The notes: generated by a model not told the origin, from the sequence alone. 64,000 bases of DNA from Bacteroidota bacterium (GCA_016868785.1 VGFS01000001.1:20631-84630), one strand, 5' to 3'. Counted from the first letter of the stretch, positions 38,120 through 49,367 are shown. Numbers and translations are program-made.

Positions 38120-39327
38120 TCAAACAATTGAGACACAAACCCTGTCAGCAATTTGGGTTCAACCCAAGTACTTTTGGGCGGCATCGTTAAATTTTGATCT
38201 GCCACTGCCTCCACCTGAGAAAACGAATTCGCTGGCAACACGAATACACAATCACAATCTCCTTGTTTTACCATCGCATCCATCTGCGGAAAGGGAGTAT
38301 CGCCACGCATAAACGAAATTCGTTCGTCGTTGCTGGTGTCGTGAATTCCCATTAATTCCGAAAGTACACCGGATTCGATTCGAGATACTTCCAATTGCTC
38401 AACGGCATTTAATGTTGGACTGGGCAGACCCAATTCAAATTGATACACACCCCCGCGGGTAATTACCATGGCTTGATTGGCTTTCAATTGTAACGAATCG
38501 AAATCCAACACGGGAGTAAAAGCCATTTTATGAGCTTGAAAGTACCCTACTACATCCTTTTCACCTACCCCTTTGATGATTCTGTGAAAGGATTTGATGA
38601 GTAAATCATCTTGGTCCATCACCAACGACATCAATCCTTGAGATTCACATTTGTCAGCACCTTGAAGAAATTTTGTAACCGCCGCCACGCGATGATGACC
38701 ATCGGCAATATACAATGAATCCAATTTCTGAAAACCTTCCAACACAATTGACTGTTCCTGTTCGGAAAGCAACCATACCCTGTGAACAAACCCCAATACA
38801 TCGATATTTTCCACCAACGGCGACTCCATTTTGGGCGCATGCAACCAATCTTTGATGTTATTGGGCAATTTTTGCGTCAGTAAAACCGGCTCCCAAATAG
38901 ACTGCAACACGTCAATGTGTTTAACCAATCTTCCCACTTTGATATCGATGACATTTTCATGCTTTTTCACTGTGCCATCCGCACAATTGTCAGCGCCCAG
39001 AGCCAAAATAATCCCTCTCAATGGCGCGATGTTTGGTTGCTGCTGCTCGTATAAAAACATGGCATTCGGAATGACATCCATAGCATGCGCTTGCAATAAA
39101 ACATCCAAATGAGCCCGACTCGCCTCGTAAAACTCGGGGGTGTCTTGCTCGATCCCCGGATCCAAAAATTGAGGTTTTACAATCCGAATGTAACTATTCG
39201 ATTCATTACGGGCCAATTGCTCCAATTCTGGTTGAGGGCGTTTCCCTGAACCATAGGTTGGAATGCGTTGTTGCTGCTCACGCACCGGAACCAACGCCTT
39301 GAATGCTTGTACCCTTAATTTCGTCAA
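38116..39327 (-). CDS. DUF1015 family protein
   Basis: YIADGHHR and MPPKSTWVEPK motifs. TTG start 39327 just after the serA stop; the ORF-track start overlaps serA. Confidence 0.85.
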   Translation of the reverse strand: MTKLRVQAFKALVPVREQQQRIPTYGSGKRPQPELEQLARNESNSYIRIVKPQFLDPGIEQDTPEFYEASRAHLDVLLQAHAMDVIPNAMFLYEQQQPNIAPLRGIILALGADNCADGTVKKHENVIDIKVGRLVKHIDVLQSIWEPVLLTQKLPNNIKDWLHAPKMESPLVENIDVLGFVHRVWLLSEQEQSIVLEGFQKLDSLYIADGHHRVAAVTKFLQGADKCESQGLMSLVMDQDDLLIKSFHRIIKGVGEKDVVGYFQAHKMAFTPVLDFDSLQLKANQAMVITRGGVYQFELGLPSPTLNAVEQLEVSRIESGVLSELMGIHDTSNDERISFMRGDTPFPQMDAMVKQGDCDCVFVLPANSFSQVEAVADQNLTMPPKSTWVEPKLLTGFVSQLFD

Positions 39328-39334
39328 AACAATC

Positions 39335-40282
39335 TCAATTGAAAAACCCAGTAATCTTCTCTGCCAACTCAATACCCACTCTTTCCTGGGCTTCCTTGGT
39401 GCTAGCGCCAATGTGGGGCGACAAGCTACAATTATCTTGAGAGAGCATTAATTCATTGGTTGGAGGCTCATTTTCAAACACGTCTACCCCAGCGCATGAA
39501 ATTTGTCCGCTTACCAACGCATCTGCCAACGCAGCTTCATTGACAACTCCACCGCGAGCGCAATTGATCAAAACGGCACCTGGCTTCATTTGGGCGATTT
39601 CTGCCGATCCAATAACTTCCGCACTTCCAGGGGTATGAATAGTGAGGCAATCCGCGTTCGACAAAACGGCCTGAAGAGACTGTCTTTTCAACGTAACTTT
39701 GAAATTGTTCGACTGATAGGCTTTGGACAATTGAACCACAACATCGAACTCACGCTGTTTGTAATCGTATACCAACACTTCCATTCCAAGTCCGATGGCC
39801 ATTTTCGCCACTTCCTGTCCGATGCGACCAAAACCGATGATTCCCAATTTCTTACCCATCAATTCAAAACCGTCAGAGTACACTTTTTTCATGTCTTTGA
39901 ACCCATCAATACCATTGGTAGGCATTTGTCGATTGGCTTTATGCAAGAAGCGCGACAATGAAAACAAATGAGCAAACACCAATTCTGCTACTGAGCGTGA
40001 ACTGGCATTGGGTGTATTCACCACCGGGATGTTCTTTTCGCCGGCAGCTTTCATGTCGATGTTATCCAAACCCACTCCCGCACGCGCAATCAGCTTCAAA
40101 TTTGAGGCATTGATCACCGCCGCATTCACTTTGGTTGCACTGCGTACGATTAAAACATCGTAATCGCCGATGGCCGTGGGCAATTCATCCTGCGCAATTT
40201 TCTGGGTGATTACTTCATGTCCAGCCGCCTCCAAAATGGCTTTACCGGCCGCATCTATTCCGTCGTTCGCTAAAATTCTCAT
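39335..40282 (-). CDS. serA: D-3-phosphoglycerate dehydrogenase, short form without ACT domain
   Basis: RAGVGLDNID, GFGRIG, INCARGG and PHIGAST motifs; next to serC. Confidence 0.92.
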   Translation of the reverse strand: MRILANDGIDAAGKAILEAAGHEVITQKIAQDELPTAIGDYDVLIVRSATKVNAAVINASNLKLIARAGVGLDNIDMKAAGEKNIPVVNTPNASSRSVAELVFAHLFSLSRFLHKANRQMPTNGIDGFKDMKKVYSDGFELMGKKLGIIGFGRIGQEVAKMAIGLGMEVLVYDYKQREFDVVVQLSKAYQSNNFKVTLKRQSLQAVLSNADCLTIHTPGSAEVIGSAEIAQMKPGAVLINCARGGVVNEAALADALVSGQISCAGVDVFENEPPTNELMLSQDNCSLSPHIGASTKEAQERVGIELAEKITGFFN

Positions 40283-41349
40283 GATGCAAAATTCTCCATT
40301 ACATCAACCAATGCTTGCACGCTTTCGATGGGCAACGCATTGTACAACGAGGCTCTGTATCCACCCACCGAGCGATGGCCTTTCAACCCGGACAAATTGG
40401 CTTCTTTGCAAGCTTGGTTGAATTTCTCCTCCAAGTGCACATGTTCCTCATTAAACACAAAACAAACATTCATTTGAGAGCGATCTTCCACTGCAGCAGT
40501 GCCCTTAAAGTAAGGACTCTTATCGATGGCATTGTATAACAAATCGGCTTTTGCCGTATTTCTGGCAGCCATTGCTTCTACACCACCCACTTCTTTTACC
40601 CACTCGAGGTTGTATTTCGACACCAAAATTAGAAATACTGGGGGCGTATTGTACATACTGTCGTTTTCTGCGTGGATGCTATATTTCATCATGGTTGGGA
40701 TGTGCCTATCGGCCACCCGGCTGTACATATCCTTGCGAAGGATCACCAAGGTTACTCCGGCAGGACCCATGTTCTTTTGGGCACCGGCATAGATCATGGC
40801 AAACTTAGACACATCTACAGGCTTTGAAAAAATGTCTGAGCTCATGTCGCAGATCAACGGCACATCCCCGCAATTGGGATAAGCCTTCATTTGTGTCCCG
40901 AAGATGGTATTGTTGCTTGTACAATGAAAATAATCGGCATCGGCAGGCACTGTGTAGTCTTTCGGTACAAATGAGAAATTCGCAAATTTGCTGGATGCCA
41001 AAACCTCGGTTTGTCCATACCCTTGTGCTTCAACGATGGCACGACTGGCCCATGTTCCTGTTTGGGTGAAGGCCGCTTTGGTTTTCAAAAAATTCAATGG
41101 GATTTGAAAAAACTGTGTACTGGCACCGCCTTGCAAAAACAGCACATCGTAATTGTTAGGCACAGACAGTAGATCTCTCACCAACTGGGCGGTATCCGCC
41201 ATCACTTTTTCAAACTCCTTGCCTCGGTGAGAAACTTCCAAAATACTCAATCCGGTGCCGGCAAAATTGCGAATGTCCTGTATGCTCTTTTCAAAAGCAC
41301 TCTCTGCCAAAATAGATGGACCTGCAGAGAAATTATGAATCTTTGACAT
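40279..41349 (-). CDS. serC: Phosphoserine aminotransferase
   Basis: NFSAGP, SHRG, YAGAQKNMGP and GHRSVGG motifs; ATG 41349. Confidence 0.97.
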   Translation of the reverse strand: MSKIHNFSAGPSILAESAFEKSIQDIRNFAGTGLSILEVSHRGKEFEKVMADTAQLVRDLLSVPNNYDVLFLQGGASTQFFQIPLNFLKTKAAFTQTGTWASRAIVEAQGYGQTEVLASSKFANFSFVPKDYTVPADADYFHCTSNNTIFGTQMKAYPNCGDVPLICDMSSDIFSKPVDVSKFAMIYAGAQKNMGPAGVTLVILRKDMYSRVADRHIPTMMKYSIHAENDSMYNTPPVFLILVSKYNLEWVKEVGGVEAMAARNTAKADLLYNAIDKSPYFKGTAAVEDRSQMNVCFVFNEEHVHLEEKFNQACKEANLSGLKGHRSVGGYRASLYNALPIESVQALVDVMENFAS

Positions 41350-41407
41350 AGTAGCCTTTACATTTACAATTTTACGCGTATAATTGCGGGTAAACAAGCA
41401 CTACACC

Positions 41408-41995
41408 ATGTTTCAAGCCAAAGGTTTTACAGTTTTTATCCTCTTTTTAGTGAGTCAAATTTGTTATGGCCAATACGATGGTTTAAATGGTGAAACGAAA
41501 AAAGAAAATACCGAAACATCTGACAACAACAGAAAAACACCGTCAACCGATAGTCTGATGGATGATTACGAGGAAAAACCCAGTTTCAGCGGTCAACTAT
41601 CGAGCTACAAGGCGATAGAGTTTATGACCAATGGAAGTCAATACTCACTGTTTCTTTGTTTTGATCCTCAAGCGGGCGTGAGTTTGAACGACCGGCTTTT
41701 TCTCGGTGGTGGGGTAAACTTAGGCATTTACAACACCACGGGCATGGGTGGCGCCTTCGGATTTTCCCGGATTTCCTTCAATAAGATTTTCTTTCAAGCC
41801 GAGTATCGCGCAATCAACACATTCGTGCCAATTGAAAACAAGCGCGATTGGGTAAGCAGTCCCATTTTTTTGGTCGGTTTCGCCTACGATGAATCAATGT
41901 CGAGTTGGGCCTCGGTGGGTATCTCCGTCAACGGAGATTTCTCGCGTTCCATGCCCTTTGGGGCGCTGGTTTACCGGTTTGGTGTTCGTTTTTAA
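41408..41995 (+). CDS. Hypothetical exported protein, probable small beta-barrel OMP
   Basis: Signal peptide, amphipathic strands, terminal YRFGVRF. Confidence 0.6.
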   Translation: MFQAKGFTVFILFLVSQICYGQYDGLNGETKKENTETSDNNRKTPSTDSLMDDYEEKPSFSGQLSSYKAIEFMTNGSQYSLFLCFDPQAGVSLNDRLFLGGGVNLGIYNTTGMGGAFGFSRISFNKIFFQAEYRAINTFVPIENKRDWVSSPIFLVGFAYDESMSSWASVGISVNGDFSRSMPFGALVYRFGVRF

Positions 41996-42010
41996 TCCTG
42001 AAAGCCAGAC

Positions 42011-43393
42011 CTAGTAAATCACATTCAGCACTGCCCAAGGCAAGGCACCCAGCAACAGGATCAATCCACCCAACAGCATCAACCAACCACGATCCACCAC
42101 AGGATTGTCGTTCGAGGGTTGATTCATGAAGGCGTGTTTGAAGAATTTGAAATAGTATCCTACACTAATGGCCGATCCCAACAAACCAACACCCACCAAC
42201 CATGGCATGTGTTGCCAAGCAAATGAGAACAGGTAAAATTTGGCGTTGAAACCCGCACTTACTGGAATCCCGGCCATCGACAAAACACCCACCGCCAAAG
42301 CAATTGCGGCCACGGGCGATTTCTTGGAAAGTCCATCAAAGGCAGCAAAACCTCTCTCCCCTTGGAACGACACTTGGTTTGCTATCGAGAAAACCAACAA
42401 ACTGGCCATGGCATAGGCCAATCCATAGAACCACAAAATCCAAGTATTGGTACCGTCGGCCATCAACAAGAACATCACCAAATAACCGGCATGAGCAATG
42501 CTACTGAATGCCAAAGTACGCTTCACTGATGCTTGGTTCAATGCCGCCAAGTTTCCCCACAAAATGGTGATGGCGCCCAATACCGACATCCAACCTTTCC
42601 AAGCATCAGCAATACCGCCAAATGTGCTCAGGAAACGGTAGAATGCCACGAAAGCCGCGATTTTCACCACGGTGGCCATGTACAACGTTGTGCGGTTTGG
42701 ACTGCCCTCATACACGTCGGGTGCCCAAAAATGAAACGGCGCTGCCGCCACCTTGAACAACAACCCCACGCTCATCAATACGATCCCCGCATTGATTAAC
42801 ACTGGCAAAGGCATTCCTTGCATGGCATGCATGAAACTGGGTTTAATACCCATCATTTCAAGTTCCAAAGAACCCGTACCACCATAGATAAACGCTGTAC
42901 CCAACAAGAAAATCCCGGTTGAAAAAGCACCCATCAAAAAGTATTTCAACGAAGCTTCATTGGAAGCCAAGTTTGATTTGTTGGCACCCGCCAACACAAA
43001 CAATGGAATCGACAACACTTCAATGCCCAAGAACAACATCACCAAATGCTGGTAAGAAACCATCATGTAAGCGCCACACAAGCTGAACATCATCAAACCC
43101 AGCTGGTCGTTTCCAATGACTTCGTTCTTTCTAAACATCAATAGGATAAAGCCAACAATAAACGCCAACAAAGCAGCAAACAAATGTTGCTCTTTGCCAA
43201 ACTGCATCATATTGGCAGGCACCCAAGACTCCAAACCGTGAAACGAAACCAAGTTGGCAGAACAGGCCCAAGACAATCCCGCCGAGACGAACAAGGCCAA
43301 CGCCGCAAACAATGAATAACTCGATTCACGTTTGTTTAATCCCAAAAACAACAGCACCGCCGCGCTGAAAAAGGTTACAAAAAGTGCAATCAT
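42011..43393 (-). CDS. nuoN: NADH-quinone oxidoreductase subunit N
   Basis: EASLKYF, FKVAAAPFHFWAPDVYEG and AFSSIAHAGY motifs. Confidence 0.95.
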   Translation of the reverse strand: MIALFVTFFSAAVLLFLGLNKRESSYSLFAALALFVSAGLSWACSANLVSFHGLESWVPANMMQFGKEQHLFAALLAFIVGFILLMFRKNEVIGNDQLGLMMFSLCGAYMMVSYQHLVMLFLGIEVLSIPLFVLAGANKSNLASNEASLKYFLMGAFSTGIFLLGTAFIYGGTGSLELEMMGIKPSFMHAMQGMPLPVLINAGIVLMSVGLLFKVAAAPFHFWAPDVYEGSPNRTTLYMATVVKIAAFVAFYRFLSTFGGIADAWKGWMSVLGAITILWGNLAALNQASVKRTLAFSSIAHAGYLVMFLLMADGTNTWILWFYGLAYAMASLLVFSIANQVSFQGERGFAAFDGLSKKSPVAAIALAVGVLSMAGIPVSAGFNAKFYLFSFAWQHMPWLVGVGLLGSAISVGYYFKFFKHAFMNQPSNDNPVVDRGWLMLLGGLILLLGALPWAVLNVIY

Positions 43394-44829
43394 GACATTA
43401 CCCCCCTTACTTCAGAAACCCATTGACCGATTTGAACAATACTATTGTGCACGATATCTATCATCATTTGTGGCATGAAACCCAACCCCAAAATCAAGGC
43501 TGCAATGATTCCAAACGCCAATATTTCATTCCATTTCAATGAGGCCACCGCTGCCTTACCCTCACCAAACATGCTAAACTGAACCATTCTGAAAATGTAA
43601 ACAACGCAGAAGATGATGGTCAACCCCGACAACAAAGCCATGCTCGGCTTATACGCGTACATCGACTTCAACAACAACAATTCACCAGGAAAACCATTGG
43701 TAAAGGGCACTGCCACTGTTCCCAAGGCAATCAACATGAAGAAAATCATGAACAATCGGTTCGATTTTGCCAATCCCCCCAACTCACCCAAGATGCGTGT
43801 TCCTGCACTGCGCTCAATCAACTCAATCACCAAAAACAATCCCACCACATTGATACCGTGTACAAAGAGTTGAATCACGCTGCCTTCCAAACCCTCTAGG
43901 GTCAATGTCATGATCCCAGCGGCAATCAAACCCACGTGAGAAAGAGAAGAAAATGCCACCAATCGCTTCATGTCTTTCTGTCTCATCGCAATCAAAGCAC
44001 CATAAATCACTCCAGCAACTGCCAATCCCACAACCCAAGGTTGGAAGAACTCCAAGCTCTCAGGAGCCAAGGGCAAATACCAACGCAACAAGCCATACAA
44101 GCCCATCTTCAACATAATGCCACTCAACAACATCGTTCCGGCGGCGGGTGCATTTGTGTACGTATCGGCCTGCCAAGAATGGAATGGCAACACCGGGATT
44201 TTTACCAAAAAAGCCAGCAAAATGCCACCGCCCACCAACAATGATTCTGTGTGTGATAACTCCACCGCCCGCAGCGCCTCAAACGAAAATGAGAAATTGG
44301 CCGTATGCAAAAACAAGTAAATCAAACTCGCCAACATCGCCAAAGAACCCACAAACGTGTAAACAAAGAATCGCAAAGTAATTTTGAAGGCATTCTCACC
44401 ACTCATCTTCAGTGTGATGAAATAAATCGGAATCAACGCCAACTCCCAGAAGATGTAAAACATCAATCCGTCTTGCGCCATGAAAACCCCATTCAACGCC
44501 CCTTGCATAAACAAAGTAAGCGCGGTGATTTTGGTTTGATTTTCATCGTTGCGAATCCCACCAAGCACAATCACAGGCACCAAAATATTGGTTAACAATA
44601 GCAATACGCCCGTAAGTCCATCAAATCCCGTTGTAAAACGGATACTGTCCGAAATCCAAGGCTGATCAAACAAGGTCTTCCAACCCCCATCAACCCCTAC
44701 ACGTTGAAAAAACTGTGCAACAAATATCAAAGGCAACAAAGACAATATGGCCGATAACCCAATTGAATTGCGCTTACCCAAGGCCATCACCGCGATGGAA
44801 GCCAATATTGGAATAATGATTACTTCCAT
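43390..44829 (-). CDS. nuoM: NADH-quinone oxidoreductase subunit M
   Basis: FYIFWEL, KIPVLPFHSW, LKMGLYG and FSSLSHVG motifs. Confidence 0.95.
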   Translation of the reverse strand: MEVIIIPILASIAVMALGKRNSIGLSAILSLLPLIFVAQFFQRVGVDGGWKTLFDQPWISDSIRFTTGFDGLTGVLLLLTNILVPVIVLGGIRNDENQTKITALTLFMQGALNGVFMAQDGLMFYIFWELALIPIYFITLKMSGENAFKITLRFFVYTFVGSLAMLASLIYLFLHTANFSFSFEALRAVELSHTESLLVGGGILLAFLVKIPVLPFHSWQADTYTNAPAAGTMLLSGIMLKMGLYGLLRWYLPLAPESLEFFQPWVVGLAVAGVIYGALIAMRQKDMKRLVAFSSLSHVGLIAAGIMTLTLEGLEGSVIQLFVHGINVVGLFLVIELIERSAGTRILGELGGLAKSNRLFMIFFMLIALGTVAVPFTNGFPGELLLLKSMYAYKPSMALLSGLTIIFCVVYIFRMVQFSMFGEGKAAVASLKWNEILAFGIIAALILGLGFMPQMMIDIVHNSIVQIGQWVSEVRGVMS

Positions 44830-44831
44830 GA

Positions 44832-46751
44832 TTAAAACAAATTAAAAGCCAACAACAAGGCGACACCAATCACCATATAAACCAAATAATATTCAATGTT
44901 TCCGTTTTGAATTTTTGAGAGCAATCGGCTGATTCCGTTTGATCCCGATCCAACACCGTCTACCAAGCCCTTCACGGCTTTGTCATCGACATAGTTTCCA
45001 ACCACCTCTCCGGCAGCTTCTAATGACGATACAAAAGCAGTATCATAAGCTTCGTCCACGTAAAACTTGTTTGCCAACACCTTGCCCATACCCGTTTGGG
45101 CGCTGTCGGCCTCTGGCACAGCCCCTTGAACCACATATTTGTTTCTGGTGTGCAAGAAAGCAATGACGAATACCGAAACAGCCATGCCCAACAACAACCA
45201 TTCAGTGGTATGCTCAATTTCAGGTGCATGCTCAGGGTAGATCAAGATGGGCGAAAACTTTCCGCCACCGTCGTAATTCAAGGTATGGTGCAATATGCCC
45301 GAAATACCCTCTCCCAAATAATGAGGCAAGTTTACCACCCCACCAATCACCGAAAGCACCGCCAATACCAACAAAGGCAATGTCATCAACCACGGACTTT
45401 CGTGCACTTTGTCAAATGAATGATGCGTATTTCTGTAAGTACCGTGGAAGGTAACAAAGAACATTCTGAACATATAAAATCCAGTGATACCCGCACCTAT
45501 CAATGCCAAACCAAAAACCAATTTGTTGTGGGCAAAGGCCGATACCAGAATTTCGTCTTTGGAGAAGAAGCCCGACAAAAATGGAAAACCTGTGATAGCC
45601 AGCGTACCAATCAAAAACGTGAGGTAAGTAATGGGCATTTTCTTGCGCAATCCGCCCATGTGTCGGATATCTTGCTCATGGTGCATTCCATGAATTACAC
45701 TACCAGAACCCAAGAACAACAGGGCCTTGAAGAAGGCATGCGTGATCACGTGGAACAAAGCGGCCGTGTAAGCACCGCATCCCAACGCGATAAACATCAA
45801 ACCCAACTGACTCACTGTACTGTATGCCAACACTTTTTTGATGTCGTTCTGCTTTAAACCAATCAAAGCCGCCATCAACGAAGTGGCCAGGCCAATCCAC
45901 ATCACGACTTCACGCGCCAAGGGCGACAAAGCATAAATGGCTTCGGAGCGAATCACCAAGTAAATACCCGCCGTTACCATGGTTGCTGCGTGAATGAGCG
46001 CAGAAACAGGTGTTGGACCTGCCATCGCATCGGGCAACCAAGTATACAAAGGAATTTGGGCACTCTTACCCATCGCACCAATAAACAATAACAGTGCAAT
46101 GGCGGTATTCACAGCATTCGACTCAACAGATCCAGCAAAAACACTGCGGAACACCTCTTGGTATTCGAAAGAACCGTACGTATCGTAAATCAAAAACAGA
46201 CCCAACAACAAGCCCAAGTCACCAATGCGGTTCATCACAAACGCTTTACGCGCTGCCTTGCCGTAATCCGCATTCTTGTACCAGAAACCTATCAACAAGT
46301 ATGAGCACAGTCCAACGCCTTCCCATCCAAAGAATAACATCAGGTAATTCGAACCCAACACCAAAACCAACATGTTGAATATAAACAAGTTGAGATAAGC
46401 AAAGAATTTATAAAACCCCTCATCCTCATGCATGTAAGCGATGGAATACAGGTGAATCAACGTACCAATTCCAGTAATGATCAAGGTCATCACCGCCGAC
46501 AGTCGATCAAACTGAAATGCGAAATCTACATGGAAATTGCCAACATGCAAAAACGTAAACAATTTGGTGTAGATGCGCTCTGGAATGGTGGTATCACCGG
46601 TCAAGTCCATAAAACTCATCAAAGCAATCACAAACGAACCCAATACAGCCGCCGTTCCCAACCAACCCGAAATGGCTTTGGGAAGGAATTTGCCAAATAT
46701 CCCGTTGACTAAAAAGCCCAACAGCGGGAGAAATATCATCAATGTCAACAT
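44832..46751 (-). CDS. nuoL: NADH-quinone oxidoreductase subunit L
   Basis: GWEGVG, WLPDAMAGPTPVSALIHAATMV and HAFFKALLFL motifs. Confidence 0.97.
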   Translation of the reverse strand: MLTLMIFLPLLGFLVNGIFGKFLPKAISGWLGTAAVLGSFVIALMSFMDLTGDTTIPERIYTKLFTFLHVGNFHVDFAFQFDRLSAVMTLIITGIGTLIHLYSIAYMHEDEGFYKFFAYLNLFIFNMLVLVLGSNYLMLFFGWEGVGLCSYLLIGFWYKNADYGKAARKAFVMNRIGDLGLLLGLFLIYDTYGSFEYQEVFRSVFAGSVESNAVNTAIALLLFIGAMGKSAQIPLYTWLPDAMAGPTPVSALIHAATMVTAGIYLVIRSEAIYALSPLAREVVMWIGLATSLMAALIGLKQNDIKKVLAYSTVSQLGLMFIALGCGAYTAALFHVITHAFFKALLFLGSGSVIHGMHHEQDIRHMGGLRKKMPITYLTFLIGTLAITGFPFLSGFFSKDEILVSAFAHNKLVFGLALIGAGITGFYMFRMFFVTFHGTYRNTHHSFDKVHESPWLMTLPLLVLAVLSVIGGVVNLPHYLGEGISGILHHTLNYDGGGKFSPILIYPEHAPEIEHTTEWLLLGMAVSVFVIAFLHTRNKYVVQGAVPEADSAQTGMGKVLANKFYVDEAYDTAFVSSLEAAGEVVGNYVDDKAVKGLVDGVGSGSNGISRLLSKIQNGNIEYYLVYMVIGVALLLAFNLF

Positions 46752-46754
46752 ACC

Positions 46755-47081
46755 TTACCCTTTCAATTGATCCAAGAAACTAACATCGGTTTTGCGCGTG
46801 TTACGGTAAACCAGAACCAAAATCGCCAGTCCCACAGCGGCTTCCGCTGCGGCAACTACCATGATGAAAAACACGAAAATCTGTCCGTCCGCATCACCCA
46901 TATAACTCGAAAAGGCGGTAAACAACAAATTCACGGCATTCAACATCAATTCAATACACATCAACAAAATGATGGCATTGCGTCTAAATAGCACACCAAA
47001 AAGCCCAATGCTAAACAACACGGTGCTCAGATAAATATAGTGGCTAATTTCCACTTGGTTGAAAACACTCAAAATGCTCAT
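46755..47081 (-). CDS. nuoK: NADH-quinone oxidoreductase subunit K
   Basis: [10 protein letters not shown] and [11 protein letters not shown] motifs. Confidence 0.96.
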   Translation of the reverse strand: MSILSVFNQVEISHYIYLSTVLFSIGLFGVLFRRNAIILLMCIELMLNAVNLLFTAFSSYMGDADGQIFVFFIMVVAAAEAAVGLAILVLVYRNTRKTDVSFLDQLKG

Positions 47082-47617
47082 CCGTTGGATTCTTCTTTGG
47101 ATATCAAAGCGTCGACCGCCTTCTCTCTTTTACCCAACAAAACAGCACCCACCATGGCTGCCAAAAACAAAATCCCGGTGAGTTCGAAAGGAACCACAAA
47201 ACGGGTAAACAATACCTTGCCCAAGGCTTTTACCAGGCCGATACCCTCTACGGGATTTTTCGCCACCGCTTCACCACTCACTTGGAATGCCGCGGTAATA
47301 ATCAACAACAAAGAACCCGCAGAGATTGCCGCAGCAATGCCCCACCAGTTCGATTTCACCGGCTCAGATTCTTTGCTCAAATTCAACAGCATTAACACAA
47401 ACAGGAACAATACCATGATTGCTCCAGCGTAAACAATCAAGTTTACAACTGCCAAAAACTGGGCATTCAACAACACATAATGCGCGGAAATGGTGAAGAA
47501 AGTAAATATCAATGCCAACACACTGTGCACCGGATTTTTGCTGGTCACAACGTACAAGGCCGACAATATGGTTAAAAAGGAAAGTACCAAAAATGGTATG
47601 GGTAAATTCTGAAGCAT
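47078..47617 (-). CDS. nuoJ: NADH-quinone oxidoreductase subunit J
   Basis: [19 protein letters not shown] and PFEL motifs. Confidence 0.95.
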   Translation of the reverse strand: MLQNLPIPFLVLSFLTILSALYVVTSKNPVHSVLALIFTFFTISAHYVLLNAQFLAVVNLIVYAGAIMVLFLFVLMLLNLSKESEPVKSNWWGIAAAISAGSLLLIITAAFQVSGEAVAKNPVEGIGLVKALGKVLFTRFVVPFELTGILFLAAMVGAVLLGKREKAVDALISKEESNG

Positions 47618-47624
47618 CTTATGA

Positions 47625-48155
47625 TTATTTAGACCACACTTGTCGTTTCGAAATATCTACACGGGCATCCACCGGCTCAACCAACTTGTCTTTGCCGTAG
47701 ATGAAATCTTCTCTGCCAAACTCGGCATCTACTATGCGATCGGTTAGGAATACTGCTTGCTTGGGACAGGCTTCCTCACACAATCCGCAGAAAATACAGC
47801 GCAGCATATTGATTTCGTAGGTTGCAGCATACTTCTCCTCGCGGTACAAATGCTCTTCGCCTTTTTCGCGTTCCGCAGCAACCATCGTGATGGCTTCGGC
47901 CGGACAGGCAACGGCGCACAATCCACAAGCCGTGCAGCGCTCTTTGCCCTGTTCGTCGCGCTTCAATACATGCTGCCCGCGATACACCTCGGCCCTGGGA
48001 CGTATTTGCTCAGGATATTGCGAGGTTGCGGGCTTTTTAAAGAAGTGCTTCAACGTAATCCACATCCCCCCAAAAATGGCTGGCAAATAAATCTGCTCAG
48101 CGAAGGTCATTTTTTTATCCACGACCTGGCGTGAACGGTTGGTCAACTTTTCCAT
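47625..48155 (-). CDS. nuoI: NADH-quinone oxidoreductase subunit I
   Basis: CTACGLCAVACP and CIFCGLCEEACP. Confidence 0.96.
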   Translation of the reverse strand: MEKLTNRSRQVVDKKMTFAEQIYLPAIFGGMWITLKHFFKKPATSQYPEQIRPRAEVYRGQHVLKRDEQGKERCTACGLCAVACPAEAITMVAAEREKGEEHLYREEKYAATYEINMLRCIFCGLCEEACPKQAVFLTDRIVDAEFGREDFIYGKDKLVEPVDARVDISKRQVWSK

Positions 48156-48164
48156 TTCGCAGTA

Positions 48165-49367
48165 TTACCCTTGAAGATGTTTTCCTTTTACTTTATATTT
48201 TTTACGCAACAATCCGGGCTTTTTCATCTTGCGGATGCTGTTCATGTTGATGTCCGATAAAATGGTCTCACCATCGGAAAGTTTCACCGTTAAGGTAGGG
48301 TCCTCAATTTTACTGTACGATACTTCCCACTTTCCATTGCCAATCTTTTTGCAAGGAATGATCGCCATGGTGCTTTGTGAAATGACATACATCTCATCGG
48401 CCTTTTTGGTTTTATCCAAGATGATGGCTTTTTTCGATTTTCCGGCAGGACCGCAAATGAAGTAAGAACCATTGCAAGTGAGCGGGAACGAATATTTGAT
48501 CTGCTCTTTTCCTTTGGCAATACCCAATTTTTTGGTTTTGTCTGGCTTGATGTTGGTTTCTCCATCACGGGTATACACCTGCAATTTGGCTTTTTTGTAG
48601 ATGGCGGCATCCATGGCAATGGTCATCGTTACAGGCACTGCAGCACAAGTATCACCAGGCATGCGCACTTCGTAAGCACCAGCCCAATTCAATCCTTCGC
48701 TCTTGGCGGTCATCAAAGGCGTTCCGCTGCTTATCAACTCCTCAATGGAAGTATTCTTCTTGATTTTGATGCAGTTGGTTGCGCCGCGAGGACACATTTT
48801 CTTGAAATCGCACACTTTCATGGTCATGCCAACACCGTTTACGTAAATGGTGGTATCAGCCGTGCATGTATCTTTGTATACAGGCTTTGGTTTGGGCTTC
48901 TCCACGGGTTTTGGCTTTTCCAAAATGGTGATTTCCACCCGGCGGTTTTTGGCTTTCTTCTCTTCAGAAGTCTCCTCCTTTTCACGGGGCTTGGCACGAC
49001 CAAAGTACTGACGGTTCATCCAATCCGCTTCAATGTCATTGTCGATCAAGTATTGATACACCGCATCAACACGCGCTTGTGACAGTTTCAAGTTCAATTC
49101 ATCGTTACCCGAAGAATCGGTGTGACCGGTCAAGAGCAAACGGAACTCATCTTTGGAATCCAAGGTATCAAGCAATCGCTTCAACCTCACCAATTCAGCA
49201 GGCTTAATCACCGATTTGTTGGTTTCAAAATAAATCTGAACGGCTGGAGAGATTTCTTTTTGTTCGTTAACGGCTGGTTTTTTGGGCTTTGGCGCGGCGG
49301 TTTGGGCAAACGACTGAACCGCAATCATACCCAAAAGGAGCATCGATACTAGTCTAAATTGTTTCAT
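48165..49367 (-). CDS. OmpA-family peptidoglycan-binding domain protein with Lys-rich C-terminal domain
   Basis: Signal peptide, IYFETNK, GHTDSSG..NLKLSQARV, NRRVEI and a PK linker. ATG 49367 follows TATTTTCG (49382-49389). Confidence 0.85.
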   Translation of the reverse strand: MKQFRLVSMLLLGMIAVQSFAQTAAPKPKKPAVNEQKEISPAVQIYFETNKSVIKPAELVRLKRLLDTLDSKDEFRLLLTGHTDSSGNDELNLKLSQARVDAVYQYLIDNDIEADWMNRQYFGRAKPREKEETSEEKKAKNRRVEITILEKPKPVEKPKPKPVYKDTCTADTTIYVNGVGMTMKVCDFKKMCPRGATNCIKIKKNTSIEELISSGTPLMTAKSEGLNWAGAYEVRMPGDTCAAVPVTMTIAMDAAIYKKAKLQVYTRDGETNIKPDKTKKLGIAKGKEQIKYSFPLTCNGSYFICGPAGKSKKAIILDKTKKADEMYVISQSTMAIIPCKKIGNGKWEVSYSKIEDPTLTVKLSDGETILSDINMNSIRKMKKPGLLRKKYKVKGKHLQG

